From the NCBI RefSeq assembly GCF_000150275.1, contig NW_002060943.1, positions 10,262,209-10,326,208 of the forward strand: DNA of 64,000 nt, read 5' to 3'. The position numbers and the translations under genes are program-made. The stretch is from Trichoplax adhaerens (lineage: Eukaryota; Animalia; Placozoa). How positions within the stretch are numbered: the first letter of the stretch is position 1; the number at the start of each line of letters is the position of its first letter. Below are positions 37,986 to 51,122 of this stretch, piece by piece. The notes below the pieces were generated by a model, which searched no databases, was not told the origin of the DNA, and saw nothing but the letters and a program-made list of their open reading frames with translations.

Positions 37986-38218
37986 TACAGTACTGTATTG
38001 GAAAGTACAGTAAAATACTGTACTGTACAACCTGTATACAGTAAGAGTTCTGTAGAGTTCTTACAGTACATACTGTAAGCACGGTACAATACTATACACT
38101 GTAAGCTACAGTCTTTTGGCCAACCTGTACTGTAGCGTTTCCGTTATTTACTACACTACTGTACTGTACTGTACTGTACTGTACTGTATGCTGTCACTGT
38201 ACTGTGCTGTACTGTAGG
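37986..38218. promoter_or_regulatory. TACAG/CTGTA array in the bidirectional promoter between the F-box gene and EDEM2
   Basis: Includes perfect (TACTG)6 at 38157-38186. The divergent ATGs are at 37867 and 38612. Confidence 0.72.
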
Positions 38219-38611
38219 CATGCTTCCAACTACACCAGTTTTACTAGTATGACGAATTTGGTCTTAGCAGCAATTATAAGAAGCATCAGAACAATTTTAT
38301 TCGCTTTTCCTCTCGCAGTTGTAGTCAAAGTTAAGGGGACTACTGACTAGTGTATAATACTATAAATATCAAAGCTAAAGGTGTAAGGCTGTACCATCCT
38401 GAAGATATTCACTAGTAATATCGAGGAAGAAATTCTTTCTCGAAAAATGTGCATTTCTAGTTGGATGATACGGTTATAGTAGTAGTTAAGTACCATAGTT
38501 GTCCACATAAGTTGGTGTATTCTACATTCCGGAGCTGTCTAAATTTGAAAGATATCATCAATAGTTATTATAACATATATCGTATAGATCTCTAGGGCTG
38601 TAGATAGTAAT

Positions 38612-41600
38612 ATGGTAACGAATATCAATAAATTTTCCTCTATAATTATTGTTGTCTGTCTTACGACTAATTTCGCAAGAAATGTAGAAAAATGGGAGAT
38701 CGATTCCTTCAGGTAAGCTCACTAACCAGGCATTATTTTTGTATTACAACCCAAATTATAGTTAGTAGGAGCAAAAGTAAATACACCTTTAAAAATAACA
38801 GTAGAAACATAGTTTGTCATAAATAATTAATTAAATATCCGATTTAAAATACTTGAAGGTGTTTTGTAACATTAATGTTCAGCGTTGGTGCATCTCCTAA
38901 ATCTGTTGTCTTTTACGAGTTTATCCAACCAACTGAGCAAGCACTTGTTAGATAGTATTGACCCATCATTGCAATGAAAGCTAAAAATTGTGCATTATAA
39001 CGGAGTATATGAAATATTTGTAGGACTCATTGTTTTGACTAAAGGCCTAAGACTTTAGAATTACGATTCTGTTTGGCCGTGTATAAATTACTGTATATGC
39101 TGTAGACATGTGTTGTAGTAGACATAACATTGACGTTACCACAACCAACACCAAAGATTCAAATAGATAACATAATCAATCTATTCCAGATAGTACAGTA
39201 TATTGATTTTAATGATTTAAATGTATGTGTAATCACACCAGTTTATAACTTGCTTGAGGATAAGCTTATTTCTATAATATTTTTATTATTGGAATATTCG
39301 AAGTTTTCTATACTGTACTATAGGTTGATTCTGACCTGATGCCAATATATGCGTATATAGTTTGTTCATATGTGCATTTCTATGATTTTTAAACTAGGCG
39401 TGACGTTAAAGAAATGTTTTATCATGGATACGACAATTATCTTCGACATGCTTATCCCTATGATGAACTTAAACCATTATCATGTCAAGGAATGAATACT
39501 TGGGGAAGGTAGTACGCGTATAAGTATTGACGAAGAAGAATTTATACGGACGTGTAGTAATTTTGATTCACATATAAATTACAAATTTGGTAATTACTAT
39601 ATGCCGTTTTTATAAATTTATTAGCTTTTCTCTAACGTTAATCGACTCGTTGGATACACTACTTGTAAGTATTAATTTGTGAAACTACTAATACGCGAAA
39701 GATATGGAGATATTATATCAAATATTTACGTATATCATTGAATTCCATAACTATGAGTGAATATTTCTTAAATGATGATAAAATAAATCAGATAAATGCT
39801 TAGCAAAGATATTAAAATTTCCTCTTTAAGCGTATAAGAAGTGTGATGTAGGAGTGTGATAACGTCCTCGATCTTCTTTACTGTTCCTAGATAATGGGAA
39901 ACAAGACAGAATTTGCAAGAGTAGTAAAAATATTGATCGACACCGCTAACTTTGATATCGATATCAATGTATCTGTTTTTGAAACAAACATAAGAAGTAA
40001 GTTTTAGAAACAGTTGATCGAATGGGCTTCTGATTATTCAATTATAGGATTAAAATTGCTGTAACATCATCTCGTACTAATTTTCTTTAATGGATTTTCA
40101 AATAAACGTATACTGCATGAGGTGATAAGATGGTAGCATGTAATATGTAGTTTGTCATTTACTGAAGAGACTACTAAAAAAGAGAGTATTCACTGTGAAC
40201 CTTCGACAGATATAATTTTAATGTGCATCATCAATAATGTGATAACTTAGTCTAAAATTTACTTTGATGACTAGTAACTAAAAATGTACAATTATTTTTC
40301 TATTTGAAGTTGTTGGCGGCTTGCTCTCTGCACATTTGCTTTCTCATAAGGCTGGTCTTGAATTAGAAGATAATTGGCCTTGTGATGGCCCACTGTTAAG
40401 ACTTGCTGTAGATGTTGCCGATCGATTATTACCTGGTGCGACTTGATTTCAGATCAATTTCATTCTAGATTTTATGTCAGCCTGTGTAGTCTTTGGTATC
40501 AACATTAATGAACGGTATTTTAAATTTCTTTCAACTGATGAAAACATCTATGCTGGAATTAAAATATGTATTATAGCGTTCGATACCCGCACCAATTTGC
40601 CTTATGGTACTATTAATCTCAGGCATGGAGTTCCTAAAGGTGAAACCACTATTACTAGTACTGCGACATGCGGTACCCTAATTGTTGAATTTGGAACGCT
40701 ATCGTTACTGACAGGTAAAGTTGTAATTCAACAGCTCCATATGCGCAACTTGTACAAACTAAGGGTACTCTCTATGCGCTACACTCCGTATTTATTCCTA
40801 CTTTTTAACCTTTTAGGTGTTTCGAAATACAAAGATGCAGCAATGAAATCTATTCTTGCTCTATGGGAGAAAAAGTCTGCGATTGGACTAGTAAGTCGTT
40901 CAGATGGTTACCGATATGTGCAACTATGAATGACGTTTCGTACGATAAATTCAAGGTGTTCTACACTATGCATAGGTTGGTAATCATATTGACTCTAATA
41001 GTGGATCTTGGACTGCTAAAGAATCTGGGATTGGAGGAGGCATAGATTCCTATTTTGAATACTTGGTTAAAGGTAGCTTACTAAATGATGATCCCGAGCT
41101 AATGGATATGTTTAAAGGTAATAATAACTAGTTTTATACTCTAAATTTGTCGCATTTGAGAGAGATTGGATTCTATAACATTGTACATGTTGTTGACAAT
41201 GTGCTATACAGCATGAGGGATCTTATGATATATGTAATTGCAACTCTAAATTTTTTAGAGTATAACAAAGCGATTTATAAATATCTTAACTATGCTGATT
41301 GGTATGTTTGGGCGGATATGATGAGAGGAAATGTAGTCATACCTATTTTTCAGTCACTTGACGCTTTTTGGCCAGGGATTCAGGTATGATTGGTCAATAC
41401 CGTTAATTTTTGATACTAATTTAACGTCAAATATTATAGCTCAGTAACCTACTTATGCAATTCGACTAAATTACGTATACAATATGATTCTGTAGTACGA
41501 AGTTATACGAGGACATTTAATCCTTACAGTTTAATAGTTATTTCATGTTTTGATCATACCGATTGTACAGTAAATCACTTTAATTTTGTAGTAGTACATT

Positions 41601-42966
41601 TAGTTGTCTTGGTTTTAACTACAAATCTCATACGCGCACTTTCAAGATAAGTAGTAATATGATATTAATTGCATTAGAAATGCTACTATTTTTATGGTAT
41701 ACTAGATACCTTTATTAACGTAATTAAAAAATGGATTGAGAATCTTTAATACGTCACGCTATTGGTCATTTTTCACTAATAAATTTTTTATTTAATATCC
41801 TATAGTCTAAGATAACTATTTTATGGTATGAATTTTTAAAGTATTTATTATTGCATATCAAAGTAGCGAAATCACGTATGTGTGATTAGCATTGTTTATC
41901 AAAATTTGATTGTTTGAAAAAGGTCTCCAATAATTAATGTAACACTAAATTCATGTTACGTACGCGTATTTAACAATAGGTATTAGTCGGAAATATAACA
42001 CAAGCTGCTAAGACTTTTCGAAATTATTATTCTGTTTGGAGACGGTTGGGTTTTATCCCAGAGTCGTACGCTATTACAGATAATATGCCATACAGTAACA
42101 GGAACGAATATCCTCTTCGTCCTGGTAGGCTAAAGAAATACTATGAATGTATTTCCTTTCTTTATTTCTTACTTTTAAGAAATTTAATCGTAGTGTGATA
42201 TTTATTTGTATAATTATTGAGCTATCTACTTATGTACTCTAACTAAATTACCTTAGAACTGATTGAAAGCGCTTGGTATTTATACATTGCTACAAAAGAC
42301 CCTATCTATTTGGAAGCTGGTATGGAAATAACGAAGTCAATTAATAGAACCCGTACGAAATGTGGTTTTGCTACGGTAACTATCCTAATTTATATTTAAT
42401 ATTAGTAAACGATTTGAATTCTTTGGTACATAAATCAAATTGCCTGGCATTTGCAAAAAGGTAAAAAATGTGATGAATCACGAACTTGAAGATAGGATGG
42501 AATCTTTCTTTTTGGCTGAAACAACTAAGTATCTGTATTTACTATTTGATACCGAGAATTTTATCAACAACGACGGAAAATTTGGCGTAACATATAAATC
42601 TAAAAATGGTAAAAGTTGTATTCTCGACAGTGGAAGTTACATTTTTAATACTGAAGCTCATCCGATTGATAAAGGTGCATTTGACTGTTGCCACAGTCTT
42701 GGTGAGTATTGCATCTTTATTGAATCTTCTACGTACCGTAGTATGTACTAGGTTTCTCATAGATTATTAGAAATGTGAGTGTTTCTGGTATCTATGGCTT
42801 AGTCTGTGTACGTTTCTTAGTTGGAAGCTCAATTTCCTTGACTTGTTTTGACTATATGCTATCATTTTATGATCTAGATTCCAAAAAATTCTCTAAATTA
42901 TCTGCTTTAAAATGTGAAGCCAATACCTTCCGAAGCCGATTGTCCACTGCTAGTGCAATAATTTAG
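38612..42966 (+). CDS. EDEM2: ER degradation-enhancing alpha-mannosidase-like protein 2 (GH47); multi-exon
   Basis: Signal-peptide-like N-terminus, then [58 protein letters not shown]|[30 protein letters not shown]|[36 protein letters not shown]. Confidence 0.92.
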
Positions 42967-43600
42967 CCAGCACTAGAAGGATAAAAGTGATATTGCTAAG
43001 TATTGCTTTGATGGTTTCTTTCGTTATTCAAGCATCAATAATGGCTGTATTTCCGATTTATTAAAAGTTTATAATACTGACTGTTACCAATACAATTACT
43101 AATTTTAAAAGGAAAATAATAACCGCCTATTACGATTATAAATTAACTGTTACTGCATATACTTTCAAATGTGATATCAATATTAAATAAAAGATTTTAT
43201 GTCATGAGGGTTGTAGAAACTGTATTTGATTAGTATCCTACCACCTATCACTAAAATATCTGATAGTATGTATATCTATAATACTTAGGTTAAGATATGA
43301 TTCTATGAGAATCAGTTGACCCACAATGGATGATAAAATTGTAGAAATATCTAGCTAAGTAACCTGGTTCGAACCAGAGGTAAACTGTTCGTGAATATTT
43401 TACGAACTGATATACCTATTGGTGTAATGATATAAATACATGGTGCATTTTGTGCATATTCACTCTTACACGATACTAAATCTAGCATGAGTGGCAATAA
43501 GTACTTGATGAAACCACCAAATTGTCTGTAACTTCAACGGTAGTATGGCTTCTTTGCAGAGATTTTACTTTTGTGAAGCCCATGGTTAGTGCTTTAAAAT

Positions 43601-46489
43601 TTATTCATCGTCCCTTGGCATAGTTATTTCCTTAGTGCATTCAATGATTTCGTTTGCTAAAGATTCTGTACTTGCACATAACACACGTCGAGCCATTATA
43701 TCCAATTCACCTCCTACAAATAATAAGAATAAAAATGCTCTTATTTTGATGTGTACTTAAAAATTGGATAAAATATTATAGAACATGTTAATATAGAAAG
43801 TGATTATACTGTCTTAAATGTTTGGACTTATTAATAATATCAAAGAGTATCATTAAATCATCCATATGCTTCTAACTTACCTCTTGTGTCTATAACGACC
43901 CCACCTGCCTCTCTAACTATTAGGTCTCCAGCAGCCATATCCCAACAATGAATGCCAGTTTCAAAGTAAGCATCACCACCACCACGAGCAACCTGACACA
44001 TATTTAAAGCAGCGGAGCCCAAACATCTTATACTATTTTTATATGATACAGAGTAGCATTTTCTCATCTTTGGCATAAAATACCCGTACATGATATTGTA
44101 CTGTATTGCATATACAAATAAAAAATTTACCCGTGAGCTGGTATTGGCTTACTAATTACACCACGCATGTTGGCTACTATTGAATCGATGATTTCCTGAT
44201 CTCGGCTAGAACCGTATTCAGAAATAACTAATGCTTTGTTAAGATCTAGATAGAATTGATTACAAGAACTGATGTGAATGTCATGTTGGATTCGGTTACA
44301 TTCAAATGTCAAGATAACTTTCGCTTACTTGTTTGATTAGAAACCGAAATATTTTTACCATTACAAAAAGCGCCATGTCCAAGTCTAGCCGTAAACATCT
44401 CATCGAGGATACAACTGTAAACGGCTGCAATTTCCGTCTACCCACGTACAAGATCGATTCATTATTCATCATATATGAGATTATATTTCAAGTAAAATAA
44501 TTATTCTGCAATATACGAATGGTGTAGTCCAATTTTTCAATTGGACAGAAATTTGTAATTTAAATTATCCATCAACTGATAGTTTGGACGAGGACAATAA
44601 GGAGTCTATAAATGCTGAGAGTAGTTTTAGGAAGAGTTTTATAGTAAAATCAATATCTAAATGTTATAATTAAGTCTTATGGGAGTATGAAGCAAATCAG
44701 ATGTTTGTGAGTATGGTCATAGATTGTTAAATTCAAATCATGGTATAGTGATATTTTGATTATGTATTATAGAGTTCTAAATCTCTGTTGGTGCTTCTGA
44801 CGCTATATAAAAGAAATATGGGTATATCATATTGTTGCAAGCATTGATATCTATTGCCTCACCTTCTTATTGATCTTAAGAGCGATAGATACTGCAACGA
44901 AAGGAATTCTATAAGATACAGATATAATGTTGCAGTGATAGTTACCATATGCATTGACTTAATACGAGCGGTGAGCTTTTAAAGCAGATTAAGTATACAG
45001 TACCATAGTATCATATCCTAGATCGTAAACTTACAAATTTATGTAAATTACGAGGTGAAAATATTGCGACTCTGTAGTTCCACAACAGTTTCAGCTCGTA
45101 ATAAATATAGGACCGAGCCTTGAATAACGCTATTATAATGTAAAGGAGTAAATACTGCACTTTGAAATGTACACCTGTCTCTATTTCATATAAATTATCC
45201 AGTATTTAACGCAACGAACGAATGCGAGTGCTGTGATAATTCGACGTGGTAACAGTTTACATGATTGTGTGATTGTGTCATTGCTAAAACGATTAGTGAG
45301 CTACATGTTATTACAGTAGGATGAATAACTGTATCTTAATTCTGTACGTATTTTACCGTGAGTTATACAATTATAGCTTTACCTATGAACAAAATTTGTA
45401 GTTCCATCCAATGGATCGATGATCCACGTTGGTTTATCAGTTAGTTGACACGATTGACCGTCTGCTGATGATTCTTCACCAATGAAACTGCATATTTATA
45501 CAAATATCAAAATCAAAAGTAAAAGGTCAATGTCAGTCGAGTTATTTTGGAGTGATAGAAAATCGCACAGTACTACTGAAATAGTATTTGTCTTACCATC
45601 ACAAGGCAGGTAGACTGCCAACTCCAATTTATAGTATTAATGTAAATAAAATAACTGAATGAAAGATTAAGTATACCAGTAGCCGCTATAATAATATATT
45701 AATTATATATTGTAGCAAGATTTTAACAGATGCAATATACTCTAATAATAAACCTACCAATGTGTTGGGTATTTGGTTCTTAGAGTCGATATAATCAGCT
45801 TTTCAACTTCCTGATCAGTTTGGGTTACTAAATCAGCACTACAACTCTTTGTCATGATAGTTTTATCATTTGAATAGGCCTTCTTGATTACCTGCAGGTA
45901 AAATACAATTTATATCTCTTAACTTCATGCTTGTGATTTAATGAGGCTAACTGCTTCATAATTACCGGTACCAAATACCTTATATACTGTGTGCTGGTAT
46001 GTATTACACGTGATTATTACTACTACATTAAGTTGTGCAAAACGAAGGGTTTACATTACTTTATTATGTGATCGCGACTGTCTGCTTATTACGCTGACAA
46101 TACATATAATGGTGCTTCATACTGTACAGTGTGATATATGAGTAATTGATAATTATCAATTAAATCTATCGTTGCTTTCTTGCGATATGGTAGCAGATTC
46201 CTAGGGAGTCATGAAAGCCGGAAAATTTAATCTCCTAATAATTATTATTATTATTATCCATTCATTCATTTAATTCATTAATATTACGAACAAATCCATT
46301 GGTGATGAAGAAAACTAAGAGTACACGATACGAATCCTGCTCTGCCTGACAACAAGCTCACAAGGTTTGCTTTACGTTAGTAATTACGATAGCTAGTTGA
46401 TCATTAATTAATGATATTCTGTACGCAACCTGTCCAGCCGTTCTCGCTACTTGTTCACAAGTTTCTAAGTATTCACCCAATTGATCCAT
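43601..46489 (-). CDS. IMPA1: Myo-inositol monophosphatase (IMPA1/2 family); multi-exon
   Basis: [64 protein letters not shown], ends MPRDDE*. Confidence 0.9.
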
Positions 46490-46588
46490 TTCTTGTTCAG
46501 AGCATCCAGTTATGCTACGATCTTCCTATTTTACTTTTACTGCGGTCAGGGACTAACGGTCTCGCAGCACGTAACAATATAATATAAT

Positions 46589-46772
46589 ATACAGTAATAC
46601 AGTATACTGTATATACGGTAATATACAGTACAGTATGTACTGTATTCTGTGCTGGAATACTACTGTACTGTACAGTAGGCGCCCATGAACAAAACTACTG
46701 TAGTATAAGTACAGTACAGTACTGTACTGTACTGTTGTCTACTACCGTACAGTACAATGTGTACTGTACAAT
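46589..46772. promoter_or_regulatory. TACAG/CTGTA array upstream of IMPA
   Basis: Pentamer array starting about 100 bp upstream of the ATG at 46489. Confidence 0.68.
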
Positions 46773-47042
46773 GCGTATTACGATGTGACTTGTTTTTAAA
46801 ATGGTTGGAGCTACAGTACATGTAAGAGCGACTGATAGTTTGTATTATTCAATGCTGCGATAAAAAGTAATCAAAATATCAAGAGCCAATTGCTCAAGGT
46901 TGTGCTGATCTGTCTGCATGGAATTGGAGCCAAATTGAAAGTCCATTTTTTCACAATTGAAAGACATAATTTAAGGCAACACTGTAGCTGAACATCTTTC
47001 AACCATTTTAGAAGGCTTGCCACGCCCCTGTAATGGTAGTCT

Positions 47043-47243
47043 TTACAGTACTGTACAGTACAGTAAAAGCTTTGGTACAGTACAGAGTACTGTACTGCTA
47101 ACTACTGTGCTGTACAGTATACTGTACTGTAATAAGAACTACTGTACTGTAGTAAGATCTATACGCAGTAAGTACTGTATAGTGTACTGTACTGTATAGC
47201 ACATTAAGTCAAGTGTACCGTATATTACCCTGTAATACTGTAC
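47043..47243. promoter_or_regulatory. TACAG/CTGTA array upstream of the coiled-coil gene
   Basis: Second, separate array in the same intergenic region, followed by CCAAT boxes at 47247-47251 and AGCCAATCA at 47291-47299. Confidence 0.65.
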
Positions 47244-47607
47244 GTTCCAATCAAAAGTATTCATTTCAGTCAATTGCTTATATTACAATGAGCCAATCAA
47301 TTACGTTATCCTATAATTTTAAATTTTATAAACTAAATTTTATTTTATTGTAATTGTACAGTTCTTTATTTACTTATTTACGGTAAACTACCGATAAAGG
47401 ATAAACGGATCCGACGGATGAGTATCTAGAAGCAGCAAGAATCAATTGATCTGCGGAAAGAATGAATATTTTTATTTATTTATAACTAAAAGTATCTGGT
47501 TAGAATTGGTTGTTGGTGTCTCTAGACCTTAAGAAAACGAGCATTTCAAGTTAATCACTGCAGCTGAATATATATGTGCACTATTATCTACGATTATAGT
47601 AAATATA

Positions 47608-49511
47608 ATGGAAGCATCCTTGCCTGCTTTGCACTCTTGTGTTCAGGTTGATAATTATGTATATAATTAAGTAGAATTCATTGTATTTGTTAATACAGTA
47701 CTTAAATTTCTGAATATTATCAAGAGGTTCTAATGCAATTGACCACAGTGGCAGTTTTAGTGTTCAATTAACGTAATATTTACAAACCGAATGCAGTCAC
47801 ATACGTACGTATACACTGTCGAGAATGCTCCATAACTGCAATGAATATAGTTATTTAGCGTAACGACTGGGCATTATTACGAAATATAAAACTCAATTAT
47901 AAATTCTATAAATCACAAACTCATATACATTATTGCATATTTGCATGCGAGTTGTAAATAAATTCGTGAATCAAAGAGATGAATAGCTCAAGATTTCTGG
48001 ATTTAATGTACTGCACAGATTAACCCTAAATTGATATATCACCTTAATACTTTTTAGCTATCCGCTGAAAATGAACTACTTCGAAAAAAATACAAGAAAC
48101 TACGCAGTAAATATCAACAATTAGTAAAGGAAATAGGTGAATTAAAAGATAAACTGAAGGAACCATCAGATGTCGGCAAGAGTTGTAAAGTAGTAAAACG
48201 AAGGTATGAATAGACCAAACTGATCATTTAATATAAATATTAAATATACATAGAAAAGTAAACATCCTACCTAGGCTTGACTTGACATCAACTTTAACTA
48301 CAAATATTTCATGAACTTTATAGTGTTCATACACAAACAATACCCTCGGTAGGAAAATCTAATTCTACACAAAAGTTTATTAACAAAATGACAAAACCGA
48401 CGCCAGTTATCGATAGTCAAACTGAAAGCATAAATCGGTAATGTAATTAAAATGCTTTTAAATTTTATCAAGCTTCCTAATTAGATAATCTACTATTTCA
48501 ACTAACGTTCTAATCAATTAAATAGATTGCTGGCAGTTCATAACAACCTAATGAAAAAGTACCAACGAGAACTAAAAAATAGCACAAATCAAATCGAGCA
48601 AATAACATCGTTAACGGTAAGTCAATCAATTAAAGGAGATTGATTAAGTTAACGTTCAACTCAAGACAGTGTAAATACTTATCAGGACAGATGCATTGTA
48701 CTATACTCTTGGTAACTTCATAATATTTATTTAATAAGACAGTTTGAGAAACAAGAAGTCCAACAACAGCTTAATCTATGCCAGGAAAAAATTAAGGCTT
48801 TGGAAAAGGAACGGACTGTTCGAGAGGAACAGTTGGCCAAGGCTGGACTTGTCAGTGCTAAAGATTTTGAGACTAGAGCCGGTAATATTTAGCGCTATAA
48901 GCTTTTTCTGTAATCATAAAAACAATTATTTTAATCCTCATTTGATTCACGAATGAAAATATTGGCTATCATACGTACTTTTGATACTTTAGCGCTAACT
49001 TCGAAATTATCAATTATAACAAAAGAAAATACCAAGCTGTCTGAAGAAAATCATAAATTAAGAAGTAAATCTTATACCTTATGTGCAATGTTGTTAAAAT
49101 TTTAATAGCTTCAATCCTCTTGATAAGTATAATTTCTTATTTATATTTATTTTTATGTAGCTGAACTAGAAGGAATAGACAAGGTATCTAAATACATTAG
49201 AATTGATTTGGTATCGTAACACTAATTAAAATATAACAAATGTAGGCAAAGGATATCGTCTAAGTAGCAGTTACTTTTCATTTCCTTTATCTATTGCTGC
49301 GCACACTAGATTTCATAATGGATTATATCGTAGAATGTGATAATTTTTTAATTTATCTTAGGAATTTTTTGATGAAATAGAAGATCTTAAATTTGCGTTA
49401 CAACAGGCTTCTAGCCATAATATTGAGTACGAAAAGACTCTAAGGAAGCTATGCTCGCAGTTTGGCCTTCCTTACCCTTTAGGTGCATTAAAGAATAATA
49501 ATAACAATTAG
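47608..49511 (+). CDS. Small (about 255 aa) coiled-coil protein with a CEP290-like C-terminal motif; 8 exons
   Basis: Phase-consistent GT-AG splicing: MEASLPALHSCVQ|LSAENELLRKKYKKL...|...KENTKLSEENHKLR|TELEGIDK|EFFDEIEDLKFALQQ..EYEKTLRKLCSQFG. The tail resembles the CEP290 C-terminus (ELENFDPSFFEEIEDLKY..KKLSEQLG). Stop at 49509-49511. Confidence 0.75.
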
Positions 49512-50852
49512 GCCAAAGTGTTTGTTATGATTGTCTTACAGTTAGGAGCTATATTGGACTGGATCATTTAGGAAAGGATATCTAATGTAATTTTCATCCT
49601 CCTCAATAATAGAAATATAGAGTATGATATTTTACTAAGCTTCGATAAACTCAACATATAAAAATTTTGCATTGAGCTATGCATAGCCATAAAGTATACA
49701 AGCGAAACTGGAGAATTGATATATCTAGATATAATAACATCAAATTAGTTGTTATTATTTATTATTATAATTGTGTATACTGTATCATATTATTACATAG
49801 TATAATAATGTACTATACATTTAAAAATGTCATTTCGTAAGTACATACCTTCATATATGCTGTACAATACATTCTAAGGTATTTTATGATTTTAAAATTA
49901 AATTTGATAGTTGCTAAGGTAGATTAATAGTAAGTTGTCAATGATGATAAATTCTGTTCTGCAAGATATATTAAACTAATGTAAAATTTTACCGGTAAAC
50001 TGGCCCGTAAACATAACGTATGCTTGCACGACATTTGATTCTTTGCCACTTGTTTATTACCAAAAAGTGGACTGCCTAAGCTTGCAATAAAACATAAATG
50101 TTACATATTGGCATAGGACAGTCCAGTTGCACAGTACAATTTGTATTGCCTTGTGTTCTCAGATATTCGTATAGTATTTCTTCTCTATGGTAATGACAAA
50201 GCTCTTCTCTTACCCCTGGTTTGACTAGGTGACAGAACCAGTATACTGTTTCTATGTGTTTTAGAACATTGACACTGCAATTGCTGACCCATTGGAGTCG
50301 CCTATCACTTCTCAGTCAGTAAGCTTTGCTGCTGTCTGAAGATAATAGTTGCTTTCTAAACAAATTGTGGACGGATAAAGTCAAAATTCTGTAAGAGTAT
50401 AGCAGCTACGCAATCACAGGCGTCTATCACTACAGCTATGATTCGCTCTTCTGCTACTGATCAATAGATTAATTAACAGAATCTTTAATAAATTTTATTT
50501 TATTCAGTCACGGTCTTTAACCTGAAAAGTACCTTTGAGTACAATTTAAATTTAAATTTTTAACGCGAACCAGGTACACCACTGTCACAGCATAGACTAC
50601 TACTAGTATAGCAGAAAAAGAGCTGGACGCACAAGTATGACTAGCTCTGCAAAGCTTGAACCAGTTTATATACCCGTATATACACGTATGCGACTTTCTG
50701 TCACACGGACACGATGCAAAGAGTCTCTCACGTGTAAAATCTCAACGCAAGGACTTTCTAATTTAATTTAATTTAATTTAAAACATAAAATTTTAAATTT
50801 ATGAATTTCTCCTGTAGGAGTCCCTGGTGAAAGTGCATATTGCCCGCGGAGA

Positions 50853-51043
50853 TACAGTACTGTACTGTATGTTAAGGTTATAGGCGTATTCGCTGCATCA
50901 CTACGGTGTACAGTACAGTACAGTAATAGTACAGTAGCAGTGTACTGTACTGTACTGTACAGTACGTACAGTACAGTACACTGGACTATACAATACAGTA
51001 CAGTACAGTACAGTATGCAGTTACGTCACGTACAGTGTACTGT
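50853..51043. promoter_or_regulatory. TACAG/CTGTA array upstream of CTNNBL1
   Basis: Dense pentamer array ending about 80 bp before the ATG at 51123. Contains a CRE-like TTACGTCA at 51021-51028. Confidence 0.72.
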
Positions 51044-51122
51044 AAACCTGGTATAAATCAACCGTATTTCCATTGTTCATAGATTCCACGAACAGACTCG
51101 CGCCCGGAGATAACTTACGAAA

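Noticed and set aside
43364-43377. CTGGTTCGAACCAG as a tRNA T-arm/B-box
   Set aside because: It is a simple palindrome with no cloverleaf or A-box.
50745-50760. GAAAGTCC (minus strand; also + strand 5983-5990) as RNase P/MRP CR-I
   Set aside because: No matching CR-V/P4 partner at a suitable distance.
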